From positions 512,001-576,000 of the forward strand of contig JBEKIW010000001.1 in assembly GCA_050011565.1 (NCBI GenBank): a stretch of DNA of 64,000 nucleotides, in the 5' to 3' direction. The stretch comes from Dehalococcoidia bacterium. GTDB lineage: Bacteria; Chloroflexota; Dehalococcoidia; GIF9; UBA5629. Below, piece by piece: positions 38,640 to 49,161 of the stretch (position 1 is its first letter; each line of letters starts with the position of its first letter). The notes beneath the pieces are model-generated. The model worked only from the letters and a program-made list of their open reading frames with translations, searched no databases and was not told the origin of the DNA. Made by a program: the position numbers and the translations under genes.

Positions 38640-39005
38640 ATGATATATGAGCATTATCGACAACCTCTGATTTCTAGAACTGCGTTTTTCCTGCGCACTC
38701 TTCTGCATGTCGGAATTGCAGTGGGAATTGTGGTCGCTTCACTGGCGCTCGGCATTATCGGCTATCATACGTTCGAGGGCTTATCATTGATTGATTCCAC
38801 AGTCAATGCGGCCATGATTCTCGGCGGCATGGGACCGGTCAATCAGCTATACACAAATGCCGGAAAACTGTTTGCTGCCTTTTACGCACTATTTTCCGGT
38901 ATAGTCTTTCTTATTGCCCTTGCCGTAATGCTTGCCCCGATAGTGCACCGATTACTTCATCGGTTTCATATTGAGTTTGATTCGCAGAGCTCAGCCGACA
39001 GTTGA
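38640..39005 (+). CDS. Small 2-TM potassium-channel-like membrane protein
   Basis: TM, then GYHTFEGLSLIDSTVNAAMILGGMGP, then TM; pore-helix-like layout. Confidence 0.7.
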   Translation: MIYEHYRQPLISRTAFFLRTLLHVGIAVGIVVASLALGIIGYHTFEGLSLIDSTVNAAMILGGMGPVNQLYTNAGKLFAAFYALFSGIVFLIALAVMLAPIVHRLLHRFHIEFDSQSSADS

Positions 39006-39023
39006 TGCGGTATTGAGGGCAAA

Positions 39024-39881
39024 ATGGGGGGAAATTGCCGGGCCGAAATACAACGTGGGACCTTCAGAAAAATCAATGGCTTGAATATCCATGTTTTAGC
39101 GGCTGGAAATGGGATGCCCGTGGTTCTAATTCATGGATTCATGGGGATGGCCTATGACTGGAGATTTAATATTCAAGAACTTGGAAAACATTTCTCGGTA
39201 TATGCATTGGATTTGCCTGGATTCGGCTACAGCGATAAGCCGTTGACTTTTGACTATACTTCAAATGGATATGCGGAGTTTATTGTCTCTTTCTTAAATG
39301 CACATCGTATTAACCGAGCTGTGCTGGTCGGCAATTCGATGGGCGGGCAAATCGCCTTAATGGCCTGTTTGAAATACCCTCATCGAGTCGCCGGGCTGGT
39401 ACTCGTCGATTCGGGTGGCTATCCTCAGAGCGTTGGATTTTTACCTTTCAAGCTATTGAAGACACCTGTAATCGGTGAGATTTCAATGGCACTCATTAAC
39501 CGGACTGTTATCAAGATTATGCTGAGGAAAGGTATATATTTTGACGGCTCCTTTGCTACCGATGAGGTGATTAACAACTACCACGGGGTTTACGGTACGG
39601 TCAATGCCAGAAGAATGCCGCCTATAATTATGCGTACAATAGTGAAAGATGAAGAGTACATAGCTTCAAATTTAAACAATATAAAATGTCCCACTCTGAT
39701 TATATGGGGCGCCGAGGATAGGGTTATTTCACCCCTTCGGGCGGAAATGTTTAACAAAGATATCAGGAATGCTTCAGTCTTGATGATGCCCCAGGCCGGG
39801 CACATGCCCCAGATAGAAAAATCAAAGGCAGTAAATAAGGCCGTAATTAAGTTTTTAATGCCACTATCAACCCGAGCGTAA
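39024..39881 (+). CDS. Alpha/beta hydrolase
   Basis: LIHGF, DLPGFGYS, GNSMGG, WGAED, AGHMPQ. Confidence 0.93.
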   Translation: MGGNCRAEIQRGTFRKINGLNIHVLAAGNGMPVVLIHGFMGMAYDWRFNIQELGKHFSVYALDLPGFGYSDKPLTFDYTSNGYAEFIVSFLNAHRINRAVLVGNSMGGQIALMACLKYPHRVAGLVLVDSGGYPQSVGFLPFKLLKTPVIGEISMALINRTVIKIMLRKGIYFDGSFATDEVINNYHGVYGTVNARRMPPIIMRTIVKDEEYIASNLNNIKCPTLIIWGAEDRVISPLRAEMFNKDIRNASVLMMPQAGHMPQIEKSKAVNKAVIKFLMPLSTRA

Positions 39882-39920
39882 GAGAGCCCTGCGGCGGCCT
39901 CTATCTTTAACCGGGATGCG

Positions 39921-41675
39921 TCATTCGGTTTGTTGAGACCCCTTAACCGGGTTCCGTTTCAGGAAGTCCTGCACGGCCGCGTCCACTGTCGGGAAAACCT
40001 TGGCCCTGTCCAGATGCCCGGCAAGCCCGGAGCGCCGTGCTATTTCACGCACGGGCTGGTGTACTTCGGCCACCATGACTTCTATGCGGTTTCGTTCCAG
40101 TTCGACGGTCAATTTCTCCAGCATCTCAATGCTGGTGATATCCAGTTGGTCATTGGTCACCATGTCAACGATTACGGCCTTTGCCGGCGGGACGCTTGCG
40201 CTGATGAGTTCCTTTAGACGGCTGTGAAATAATGATGCGTTGGCAAAATACAGGGGTGAGTTGAACCTGAAGATGACCAATCCCGGTATCGATTTGTTCT
40301 CGGGATGCCTTCGAATATCAGTGTACGCCCCGGGTTCTCCCGGAACCTGGCCCAATATTGAGCCGTAAGGCCGGCTGGAGCGGTAGATGACAATGACGAG
40401 CGAGAATAGCACCGCTATGGCCAGCCCCGGCAGAACATCTATGATGAGCACGCCCAGAAGAGCTACCATGCCCAGCCAGAACTCAATGGGGTTTATACGA
40501 TAAAACCGCTGCATCTGGCGCCACTTCATCAAATGTGAAACCGCGTAGATAATTATGGCTGCCAGAACTGCCTCCGGCAACATAGTGAAGAGCGGCGTCA
40601 GGGCAACTACGGTAATTAGTCCCATGGCGGCGGCAACGAGGAGCGATACTGAGGATTTAGCGCCGGCGCTGTCGTTAACGGAGGACTGGGACAGGCTACC
40701 ACCTGCAGCCAGCCCGCCCAGCACGGCTGACCCAAGGTTGGCGACACCATAGGAGATGAGCTCTTGATTGGGATTGACCTCATAATCGTGTTTCGAGGCA
40801 AAAGCATTGGCGGCACCTAACCCTTCGGTATAAATAACCAGTGCTATACCTAAGGCGCTGGGTAGCAGCGCCCACCTGGGCAGTAATGTCCACAGGTAAT
40901 CGGGATGGATGTCAGGCAGCACAAACGACGGTAAGCCCGTGGGAATTTTGCCCACGACAGCAACACCGTGAGCAGATAGACTGAAAACGGCGCTAACCAT
41001 TATACCGAGGATGAGCACTGCTAATCCTGAAGGTATGCGGCGGGAAAGCCTGTGCAATACGAAGAGCAGAATTAGGGCAAGGCCACCGACGGCGAGCACC
41101 AACAGATTTGTTTCACCAAGATGATTGAACAAGTACGTAAGTTGCTCTAACGTGTTGCCGGACCCCGCGTGGATACCGAATAATTTGGGTAGCTGCTTGA
41201 CCACTATGAAGATGGCTAAACCGAAGATGAATCCCTCCATAACGGGACGGGAAATAAAATTCGTGATGAACCCCAGTTTGAGTATTCCCGCGAAAATAAA
41301 GATGGCACCTATTATCAGCACGAGGACTGCGACGAGAGCAAAGTAAGTGCTCTGGTCAGGTGGATTTAGGGCTGTCACGGTCGCGGCCAGCATCACTGCC
41401 GAAGCCGATGTGGCCACCACCACAAGCTGCCGGCTCGTGCCGAATATGGCATAGGCTACCAGTGCAGCCAGGACAGTGTACAGACCGGCCTGTGGCGGCA
41501 TGCCCGCCAGACCGGCATATGCCATACCTTCAGGGACTACCACTCCCCACAGTGTTATGCCCGCGATGACGTCCGCGCGCAGCCATTGCCGCCACTGATA
41601 ATGAGGAAGCCATTGCAATATAGGGATAAATGCCAGGCTAAAACGTGCTTTATGTGGTTGGGGTAAGGCGGTCAT
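39921..41675 (-). CDS. SulP family anion (sulfate) permease with STAS domain
   Basis: DVIAGIT..VVVPEGMAYA.LAG.PP..GLY, NQEL, C-terminal STAS (PLYFANA). Confidence 0.93.
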   Translation of the reverse strand: MTALPQPHKARFSLAFIPILQWLPHYQWRQWLRADVIAGITLWGVVVPEGMAYAGLAGMPPQAGLYTVLAALVAYAIFGTSRQLVVVATSASAVMLAATVTALNPPDQSTYFALVAVLVLIIGAIFIFAGILKLGFITNFISRPVMEGFIFGLAIFIVVKQLPKLFGIHAGSGNTLEQLTYLFNHLGETNLLVLAVGGLALILLFVLHRLSRRIPSGLAVLILGIMVSAVFSLSAHGVAVVGKIPTGLPSFVLPDIHPDYLWTLLPRWALLPSALGIALVIYTEGLGAANAFASKHDYEVNPNQELISYGVANLGSAVLGGLAAGGSLSQSSVNDSAGAKSSVSLLVAAAMGLITVVALTPLFTMLPEAVLAAIIIYAVSHLMKWRQMQRFYRINPIEFWLGMVALLGVLIIDVLPGLAIAVLFSLVIVIYRSSRPYGSILGQVPGEPGAYTDIRRHPENKSIPGLVIFRFNSPLYFANASLFHSRLKELISASVPPAKAVIVDMVTNDQLDITSIEMLEKLTVELERNRIEVMVAEVHQPVREIARRSGLAGHLDRAKVFPTVDAAVQDFLKRNPVKGSQQTE

Positions 41676-41697
41676 ATTCCCTTTTCCTCCGCTACGA

Positions 41698-43425
41698 TTA
41701 CCTCAGGAAATAGTTCGGGAATTTTTGGTAGAGCATCTCGAAGTGGCCGAGAAATTGCACCAGGGCTTCTTTAGACCCATCAATCTGTATTTCCGAGCTT
41801 TTTAACGCCTCTGCTATCGGCGTAACTCCTGAAAGGAGCGGCCCCATAGATGCTCGTGTGCCCTTAACAGTGGCCACTGCGTTGCCCGGCAGGCCGGATC
41901 GTACCTCGGCCACGCCACGGCGAATCTCCAGTGTATACTGTTCATCAGTATCGGCATAACGGAAACCTACCGCTTCGGTCAGGTCTAATGTCTCCTCCGC
42001 CTTCAACCGCACCGGCATATTTTCCACCTGGTTCAGGGCTGGGAATAGGCTCAGCACGTCCGGCGATATGAGGAAGTCACCCAGCAACGAGTATATGGGG
42101 TCGAGGTCCAGCGAGCCCTCCAGTATCCTGGCTCCGGTCAGGTAAAACCCCCTCCAGGTTGCATTTATAGCAGCATAGCCGAGCACCCGATAAGCCGCTG
42201 CCTTGAGCTTACGGGCTTCCATATCGTTCTGGTCGATGCGAATCAAGTATGATGTCAGCTCTGCTGCAAACTGCGGGTCTCCACCGATGAATGCCCTATC
42301 TGCCTCTTCCAGTACCTTGTCCCTGCCGCCCATCAATGCCACCAGCCTTTTAGCATATTCAATTCGCGGCGTGGGGTCCAGGTAGCAGGGGTCACCGTCA
42401 AACCAGCCGATACTGCCGCACACTATCTGAGGCACGGAGTGTTTGACGGAGCCGTAGAACGGGCGCAGCCACGGACTGAAGTTCTCAAGGTGTGGTGGTA
42501 ATTTTACCAGTTTGGCGACTTCGTCCTTGGAGTAACCTTTGTTCGAAAAACGAAGCGTCTGGTCATGTGTAAACTGGATGGCGTCCCGGTAGTACATGAG
42601 CACCTGCTGTATATAGTCTCTGCCGGAAATAGGGGTGCCGTGCTGCAGCACCATGTGCTCTGCCTCGGCAGCGAATCCGCGCATGGCATCAATACTGCGG
42701 TACCAGTCGGTGGGGTTGCGGTAGACCGCACCACGCACCGTGTAGATATTGGGGTAGCAGTGGTCCTGGATGACCTCAGCCGATAACAGGGTCTTAGAAT
42801 CCGGTAGATATATGCAAATCTCGGAGTGGGCTTCGCTTGGCACGTAATGCATCTCCATCCTGATGCCGGCCAGTGTGACGTCAAGCTTGTCATGAAAGGT
42901 CTGTGTCGGTGGTATGAATACGTTCTTGCCAGGACCAAAGCTCGGTCCGATTCCAGCGTTCATATCCTTCATATCGTCGCCATCCAGCACCGCGTTGTAC
43001 ATCGATATGGCTCGGGCGCTCATGATGGGGCCGATGAAACCGCTCTCATGGATGTATTCAGGCATCAGCGTCTCATGACTGATGATAGGAACGGCACCGG
43101 AGGCTGCATCCTTCTGGCTGACGAAGGCACCCGTGCCCTGAACATGGTCGCTATGGTGGTGCGTATAGATAATGCTGGTGACCGGTTTTGATGTAATCTT
43201 CTGGAAGTCGGCTAGGACTTCTTGTCCCTGCCTCAGTTCCATACCGGTGTCGACGATGACTATACCGTCCTTCCCCTCGACCATTATAATGTTGGCCAGG
43301 TTATAACCCACCGCGCAATACACGTTGTCGCCGACCTTGTGTATTTTACGCTCGAAAAGTTTGGTGTGTTCTTTCAGTTCAGGGTTGATGCTGGCTGGTA
43401 CATTATGCTCGTGTGTAGTACTCAT
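41698..43425 (-). CDS. Alkyl sulfatase (SdsA1/BDS1-like MBL fold, dimerisation and SCP2 domains)
   Basis: YTHHHSDH, PNIYTVRG..YR, FYGSVKH, GWFDGDP, C-terminal SCP2-like domain. Confidence 0.9.
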   Translation of the reverse strand: MSTTHEHNVPASINPELKEHTKLFERKIHKVGDNVYCAVGYNLANIIMVEGKDGIVIVDTGMELRQGQEVLADFQKITSKPVTSIIYTHHHSDHVQGTGAFVSQKDAASGAVPIISHETLMPEYIHESGFIGPIMSARAISMYNAVLDGDDMKDMNAGIGPSFGPGKNVFIPPTQTFHDKLDVTLAGIRMEMHYVPSEAHSEICIYLPDSKTLLSAEVIQDHCYPNIYTVRGAVYRNPTDWYRSIDAMRGFAAEAEHMVLQHGTPISGRDYIQQVLMYYRDAIQFTHDQTLRFSNKGYSKDEVAKLVKLPPHLENFSPWLRPFYGSVKHSVPQIVCGSIGWFDGDPCYLDPTPRIEYAKRLVALMGGRDKVLEEADRAFIGGDPQFAAELTSYLIRIDQNDMEARKLKAAAYRVLGYAAINATWRGFYLTGARILEGSLDLDPIYSLLGDFLISPDVLSLFPALNQVENMPVRLKAEETLDLTEAVGFRYADTDEQYTLEIRRGVAEVRSGLPGNAVATVKGTRASMGPLLSGVTPIAEALKSSEIQIDGSKEALVQFLGHFEMLYQKFPNYFLR

Positions 43426-43705
43426 AGGAGCTCCTTTTTAAGGTAATATACTGTTGATTTCGTAGTTTAGTTTATGGTTTTGGGGTCTATAGCGGGATAC
43501 AGTATATCTTCTCCGCGGTTTCAAGACAATGATGGGCTTATAGCGGCCTGTTATCCAGAGCTACAATTGCACAATTCGATGGAATGTTACTCATGGCGAC
43601 CCCTGCTACAATCTCCAATAGCGATATCAGATACCCTGTTTAGGTCTGGATAAGTATATAATTAGGGCAAGATTGAAGTGAGTAGATTTCGAGCTGATCA
43701 GGGAG

Positions 43706-44260
43706 ATGATAACCATGTCACTCATGGATTTGATAAAACATAGGAAAAGCATCAGAGATTTTATTGACAGACCTGTTGAGCGCAATAAAATAATGTTATG
43801 TCTTGAGGCAGCAAGGTTGGCTCCCTCTGCATCTAATTCTCAGCCTTGGAAGTTCATCATCGTTGATGACCAGGACGTCAAGAAAAGACTGTGCGATAAT
43901 GCTTTCGGTCGCATGCAATTTTTTAATTCTTTTGCAAAGAAGGCACCGGTCATCGTCGTAATCGTATCTGAAAAAGACAAGTTCTTAACTAGAATAGGAG
44001 GGAGGTTACGTGGTACCGACTATCATCTCATAGATATTGGTATAGCCGGGGAGCATTTTGTGCTGCAGGCAGAAGAGCTAGGGCTTGGAACTTGTTGGAT
44101 AGGCTGGTTTGATGAAGAGGCTGTAAAATCGACACTAAATGTCCCAAAGGATAAGAAAATAGACGTGCTATTAGCATTAGGATATTACAGTGAGAATAGT
44201 ATGAGCATGGAACATAATAGAGAACCGCTGGAGGAGATTGTATCTTTTAATACCTACTGA
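43706..44260 (+). CDS. Nitroreductase family protein
   Basis: RKSIRDF, ARLAPSASNSQPW, GLGTCWIG. Confidence 0.93.
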   Translation: MITMSLMDLIKHRKSIRDFIDRPVERNKIMLCLEAARLAPSASNSQPWKFIIVDDQDVKKRLCDNAFGRMQFFNSFAKKAPVIVVIVSEKDKFLTRIGGRLRGTDYHLIDIGIAGEHFVLQAEELGLGTCWIGWFDEEAVKSTLNVPKDKKIDVLLALGYYSENSMSMEHNREPLEEIVSFNTY

Positions 44261-44326
44261 CTCTTAGAAAGAGGCGGTGAGGCTGCCAAGAGACCATGAC
44301 AGAAAGTGAGCAGTCAAGAAGAAAAG

Positions 44327-44962
44327 ATGAGTAAACATGTTAATAATCAAGCGGTAAAGTTGACAATCTACTCGGACTATGTTTGACCATGGTGCTATGT
44401 CGGCCAAGGTGTGGTCGAACGATTGAAGAAAGAATATAGCGTAGACGTTGAGTGGAGACCTTTTTTCCTTCATCCTGAATGGCCTTCTGAGGGAGTACGT
44501 CTGCCTCCACACGTCCGCGAAAGGTTTTCGACTATATATGAGCGGTTACAGAAAATAGCAGATGATAATAGCTATCCTCTGGTCAGACTAGATAACTTAC
44601 CCAATTCACGACGTGCGCTCGAAGCAAGTGAATACGCGCGTGCACATGGTAAGCACGAAAAATTCCACCGCGTTGTCTTCCAGAAATTGTATGGCGAGGG
44701 GCAGGACATTAGCAAGTGGGAGGTCTTGCATTCAGCGGCGCAAGAGGTTGGGTTGGACGGTGATGAAATGCAGTTCGAGACCGAAGCCGGCAATTACAGA
44801 GACGTACTAGACACCCAACTTGAAAAGGCCTATGCGCTTGGTATCACTGCTGTACCTACGTACATCATTAATGATAAATATCGAATTGAGGGTGCACAAC
44901 CATTTGAGGTGTTCGAACAAGTACTGACGAAATTGGCAGGAAAACGTAAGGAAAGTCCTTGA
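44327..44962 (+). CDS. DsbA/FrnE-like thioredoxin-fold selenoprotein (UxxC)
   Basis: In-frame TGA at 44384-44386 in YSDYV-U-PWCY; GITAVPT cis-Pro loop; SECIS-like hairpin follows. Confidence 0.85.
44400..44418 (+). promoter_or_regulatory. Putative bacterial SECIS element
   Basis: Stem TCGGCCA/TGGTCGA with loop AGGTG, starting 13 nt after the UGA. Confidence 0.7.
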
Positions 44963-45004
44963 AAGAATATGACATTATACTATTTGGCTTTTGGTTTTGG
45001 TCTT

Positions 45005-47011
45005 TTATTCTTTCCTATATGCCATAAATAGTGATGCCAGCAGGCTTAACAGTATCATCAACCCCATGACCCACCAGGTCAGGTTAAAGCGCAGCAGCAT
45101 CTCAGGCGTAGCGTTAATCCGGCTAATCAGGTCTATGTACATTCTGGTAAGCGGCTCCAGCTGCTCCTTTGCCACCCTGTCCAGCGTATCCGCCTGGTCA
45201 AAAAGCCAGGTGGGTCCGCTGATATAGCTGATGATGGGAATGCCAGCCTGGTAATAATAATGCGCGTCGGTGGGCACACCCAGCAGCGACCCCGTAGGGA
45301 AAAGCAAAGTACGTGAGGCATGCGAAGTCGCCACTGAAGTTGCGAATAGGCTCACGGTTACCGGGTTTTCCGTCAGAAATACGCCCCGTGGCTGTACGCC
45401 GTTAGTCAATGGATAAGGCGCCGGCATATAGTCATTGGCGATATGCTCAATGGCGATATCAAACACGGCATTGGAGACGATATCTGCCCTGTGTTCCTCG
45501 ATGAAGGTATAGTTAGTGATACCGCCCACCATATGACTGCCAGTAAACATGAATATCATGGTGTATGGCCTTTGTGACAGCGGTACCTGTGAATAATATT
45601 TCGCCAATGCCAGCACCATGCCCACGCCGCTGCTGTCCTCCACACCGCTCCTCCAGGGTGAATCATGATGTGAATGGACGATGATTATCCTGGAACTCTG
45701 CCCGGGCAGTAGGGCATAGACGGTGGCGCTTTTCCCTCCCATCGGTGCAACTTTAGCCTGCAGCACCAGGTTGATCGTAACCCTGCCCTGTTGCAGTAGG
45801 GTTTTAATTTTCTCACCCTCAGTTGACTTCAGGTACATACTCGGTATGGGTCTCAAAATGCCGTCATAAGGAGCGTAATAGGTGAATTTGCCCATGTCGG
45901 GGTAATCATAGAGTATGCCTATGATGCCTGCCGGGTGGTGCGATTCAGCCGCTTTGTAAAAATCGACATACTTCATCATCCAGCCAATGGGATACGGTGT
46001 CGAGACCCCCTTTAGTGTATTTTCCGGCTCGTAAGCCATATAGCTGAAAGACTTCATCTGGTCCCACGCCAGAGGGGTTGCCGGTATATCAACCAGAATG
46101 ATTTTGCCAGTCACATCCTGCCATTTTGGTTGCGATATATCGCCCAGGTAAACCGCGTCAGCAGTGACCCCGCCGGCTGGTGTAGGACCGCTGTAAGGAA
46201 CATAGAAAGTTTCTGGCTGCCAGGCTTCGTTCGTGCCCGGCTGAACCGTAATGCTCCAGCTTTCTGGCTCCCAGTAGTCGAATGAGCTTTCTTCCACACG
46301 CACGTCCTGATAGCCGAAATCGCGCAGCTTGGCTTCCAGGTAGGCTATAGCCTTATGGTCTGCTTCCGACCCCGTTCGCCTTTCTCCCAGGTTATATATA
46401 TCGCTGATGAAGCCGAAGGTCTGGTCGCGGGTAGGTACGCTGCTCTCCGCAGGTGGCTTAATAGCAGGGTTGGCTAGAAAGGCCATTAACGCCGGCATTA
46501 TTACCAGCGAAATGATCACCAGCAACGAGAGCATGCCCCAAGCCAGCCCGGGTTTGGGTTTGGGGCTGGCTGCCAGCCGGCCGGTGTTATAGAAAACGAT
46601 GCCGCCGATCAGAAAGACCAACCCTGCGATAAGGAACAGGACTGGCTTGCCCGCCAGTATTACTGGCAGTGACAGCACCAGCAGCAGTAGGTTCGAGCCT
46701 CCCACTGTGTATAAGATATATTGCAGCAGGAACCAGATGGATACGTTCATCCACATAAGTCCCATAGCCCGCAGCCACTTCTTTTCCCTGCTGTTGTACC
46801 ACAGCGCGCCCAGAAAGATTATCAGCGGTGGGAACAGTGAGTACCATGCCATAACTATAGCCAGAGGCAGGCTAGACTTATCCAGCAAGATGGCAAACAG
46901 CAAAGGCAGCGCTGAAAAAATCAGGGACAGCATCAGAGATATAACCAGTTGCACCGCCAGGGACCGCCACGAACTATAACCAACCGTACCTGAAGTAGTC
47001 TTCTTGGCCAT
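45005..47011 (-). CDS. Membrane-anchored M28 family peptidase with PA domain
   Basis: Several N-terminal TMs; RRTGS, SHHDS, VEDSSG, TGSHM, PTDA, C-terminal TM. Confidence 0.8.
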   Translation of the reverse strand: MAKKTTSGTVGYSSWRSLAVQLVISLMLSLIFSALPLLFAILLDKSSLPLAIVMAWYSLFPPLIIFLGALWYNSREKKWLRAMGLMWMNVSIWFLLQYILYTVGGSNLLLLVLSLPVILAGKPVLFLIAGLVFLIGGIVFYNTGRLAASPKPKPGLAWGMLSLLVIISLVIMPALMAFLANPAIKPPAESSVPTRDQTFGFISDIYNLGERRTGSEADHKAIAYLEAKLRDFGYQDVRVEESSFDYWEPESWSITVQPGTNEAWQPETFYVPYSGPTPAGGVTADAVYLGDISQPKWQDVTGKIILVDIPATPLAWDQMKSFSYMAYEPENTLKGVSTPYPIGWMMKYVDFYKAAESHHPAGIIGILYDYPDMGKFTYYAPYDGILRPIPSMYLKSTEGEKIKTLLQQGRVTINLVLQAKVAPMGGKSATVYALLPGQSSRIIIVHSHHDSPWRSGVEDSSGVGMVLALAKYYSQVPLSQRPYTMIFMFTGSHMVGGITNYTFIEEHRADIVSNAVFDIAIEHIANDYMPAPYPLTNGVQPRGVFLTENPVTVSLFATSVATSHASRTLLFPTGSLLGVPTDAHYYYQAGIPIISYISGPTWLFDQADTLDRVAKEQLEPLTRMYIDLISRINATPEMLLRFNLTWWVMGLMILLSLLASLFMAYRKE

Positions 47012-47236
47012 GGCCTTCTCCCTCCTTCCTTTACCTGGACGTATTATAACATCAGCCCACCTATTTTACCCTCTGCAGAGGATAAAATGGCTGTCGACTA
47101 AGAATGTCAAGCTTTGCCGGATTGCACTTTATGACGTTTTGTTACTTTTTATTCTGATAATAATGTAAATTTACTCGACAGCCTGTGGCACTATATCAGT
47201 CTGCGGGCCGACAATGTAACAGCCAAGTAGGGACCA

Positions 47237-47776
47237 TTATTGTCCTTTTACTTGGACCGGCAGGCAGGCGACCATGAGGTAGACCTCGGTGGCGTGACCG
47301 GAGAGAAGCTGGTTGGCTTTGCCCAACAGGTCGCGGTAGATACGTCCCAGCTTGTTTTCCGGCACCAGGCCCATGCCGACTTCGTTGGAGACAATGACGA
47401 AGCTGGCATCCAGCCTATCCATGGCGTCGATAAGCTTGTTTATTTCAGCCTTAACTCTTTTTTCCGCTTCCGGATAATCCGGTTCACCATGGAGCAGGTT
47501 GGAGATTAGCAACGTAATGCAGTCAATGACTATTACCTCGGCATCGCCGATTTGTTTCTCTATTTCCTTCCCGATGCCGGTCGGTATCTCCAGAGTTCGC
47601 CAGTTTTTGGGACGGTCTTTTTTGTGCTCGGCAATCCTGGCCTGCATCTCTTCATCCAGCCCCTCGCCGGTGGCCACAAAGAGGACCTTGCTGCCTAGTT
47701 CTCCCGCCAGCTGCTGGGCATAATGGCTCTTACCGCTTCGAGCGCCGCCGAGTAAGAGGATGATTTGTTTAGCCAA
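47237..47776 (-). CDS. cobU: Adenosylcobinamide kinase/guanylyltransferase
   Basis: GGARSGKS, EMQARI..H, DCITL, VSNEVGMG, YRDLLG. Confidence 0.95.
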   Translation of the reverse strand: MAKQIILLLGGARSGKSHYAQQLAGELGSKVLFVATGEGLDEEMQARIAEHKKDRPKNWRTLEIPTGIGKEIEKQIGDAEVIVIDCITLLISNLLHGEPDYPEAEKRVKAEINKLIDAMDRLDASFVIVSNEVGMGLVPENKLGRIYRDLLGKANQLLSGHATEVYLMVACLPVQVKGQ

Positions 47777-48428
47777 GACTGTACTCCGTGATGTCTAAAG
47801 TCCAGTGGTCGTCCCTGGAAATAACGACTGTCCTGCCGATTTTTACGGGCTTTTTAAAGGACGGCCCGTCATAAACAAATGTGTGAAATTCTCCGGCTTC
47901 GCCGCAGACATCAACCCCAAGCTGGCCGAGTTCGGAAGCCAGTTTTTTATCCACCTGCCTGCCCAGCCATTCTTTGCCCAAGAACTTAGCTTTGACGCTG
48001 ACGATAATGGCTTTGAAGCCAGCCTCTATGAAGTCGGTTAAGAGCGTGGGGCTGTCTATTTCCCACAATGGTAACAATGCTTTGATACCTACTTCGCCAC
48101 AGACCCTGTCTATCCAATCCTTGTGTTCCTGCAAGTAGATATCGCCGGTGACCAGACCTGTTATGCCCTCCAGTTTGAGCTTTTCCAGCGCGTCTTTGAA
48201 TCCGGCTTCATAGGTCTCCCAGGTGACTTTTTGTTGCAGTATGGGCAGTCCCATAGCCTGCGCCTGTAAAGCCAACAGCTTGCTGTCGAGGCCGTGGGAC
48301 ATAGCCTTTGTGGAATCGGCATGGATGAAGTTGAGCAAATGGCTGACCTTCAATCCCTGAGAGATTGCTTTCCAGTAGGCGAGGCAGCTGTCTTTGCCGC
48401 CGCTCCATGAAGCTGCATATTCTGTCAT
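47769..48428 (-). CDS. DUF71/diphthine-ammonia ligase-like PP-loop ATPase
   Basis: SWSGGKDS, MSHG, GDIYL, PLW, DVCGEAGEFHTFVYDGP. Confidence 0.9.
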   Translation of the reverse strand: MTEYAASWSGGKDSCLAYWKAISQGLKVSHLLNFIHADSTKAMSHGLDSKLLALQAQAMGLPILQQKVTWETYEAGFKDALEKLKLEGITGLVTGDIYLQEHKDWIDRVCGEVGIKALLPLWEIDSPTLLTDFIEAGFKAIIVSVKAKFLGKEWLGRQVDKKLASELGQLGVDVCGEAGEFHTFVYDGPSFKKPVKIGRTVVISRDDHWTLDITEYSLG

Positions 48429-49159
48429 TGTAACCTCCCAATCAATATTATAAGCAGTAGTACCAGCACCTCAGAAAGCTCATTGATGGCGCCGTAGTTG
48501 TCTCCGGTCAGCCCGCCCAGACGGGAGCGGAAGTAGCCGGCGATGCCGAAGGCAATGAGCCATAGTACGGCCATAAGAACCAATCCCCACCATTTCAGCA
48601 AAACCACAGCTACAATTAAGGCTATGATTGTGGCTATGGTCAGCCTCTGCCAGGTGGCGCCAAGTTTGAAAGGCAGCCCCATGCCGGACCTTCGGGCATA
48701 GGGGAAGGTGAAAATGACGGAGACCATCGTCCAGCGGCTTAAGCTGGGCATAAGCAGCAAGGCCGGTAATATCGTCGACACTGAGAATAGAGATGCATAT
48801 TTGAGCAAAAGTAAGACAACGACGCCGACGATGCCGAAGGCGCCGACCTTAGTGTCCGACATAATATCCAGCCGTTCTTTTTTCGATTTACTGGCAAAAA
48901 CGCCGTCGCAAGTGTCGATGAAGCCGTCGAGGTGATGGGCTCCGGTCAGGATAACCAGGGCTATTATGAGCAGCGCTGTTACCACTGCAGGTGGCAGTAT
49001 CAAAGATAGGCCGTAATAAAGGCCGAGCAAGATAGCTCCAAGAATCAGGCCGACCAGCGGGAAATAAGGCAGTGATTGGCCTGAGGTCTCTGTGGTGACC
49101 TCATGGCGGAGGGGGGTAGGAAATATGGTTAAGAATTGAAGTGCTGCCCAGAAACCCAA
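48425..49159 (-). CDS. cobS: Adenosylcobinamide-GDP ribazoletransferase (cobamide synthase)
   Basis: ALQFLTIFP, TGAHHLDGFIDTCDG, IMSD..VGAFG, GGLTGD.YGA. Confidence 0.95.
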   Translation of the reverse strand: MGFWAALQFLTIFPTPLRHEVTTETSGQSLPYFPLVGLILGAILLGLYYGLSLILPPAVVTALLIIALVILTGAHHLDGFIDTCDGVFASKSKKERLDIMSDTKVGAFGIVGVVVLLLLKYASLFSVSTILPALLLMPSLSRWTMVSVIFTFPYARRSGMGLPFKLGATWQRLTIATIIALIVAVVLLKWWGLVLMAVLWLIAFGIAGYFRSRLGGLTGDNYGAINELSEVLVLLLIILIGRLQ

Positions 49160-49161
49160 AT

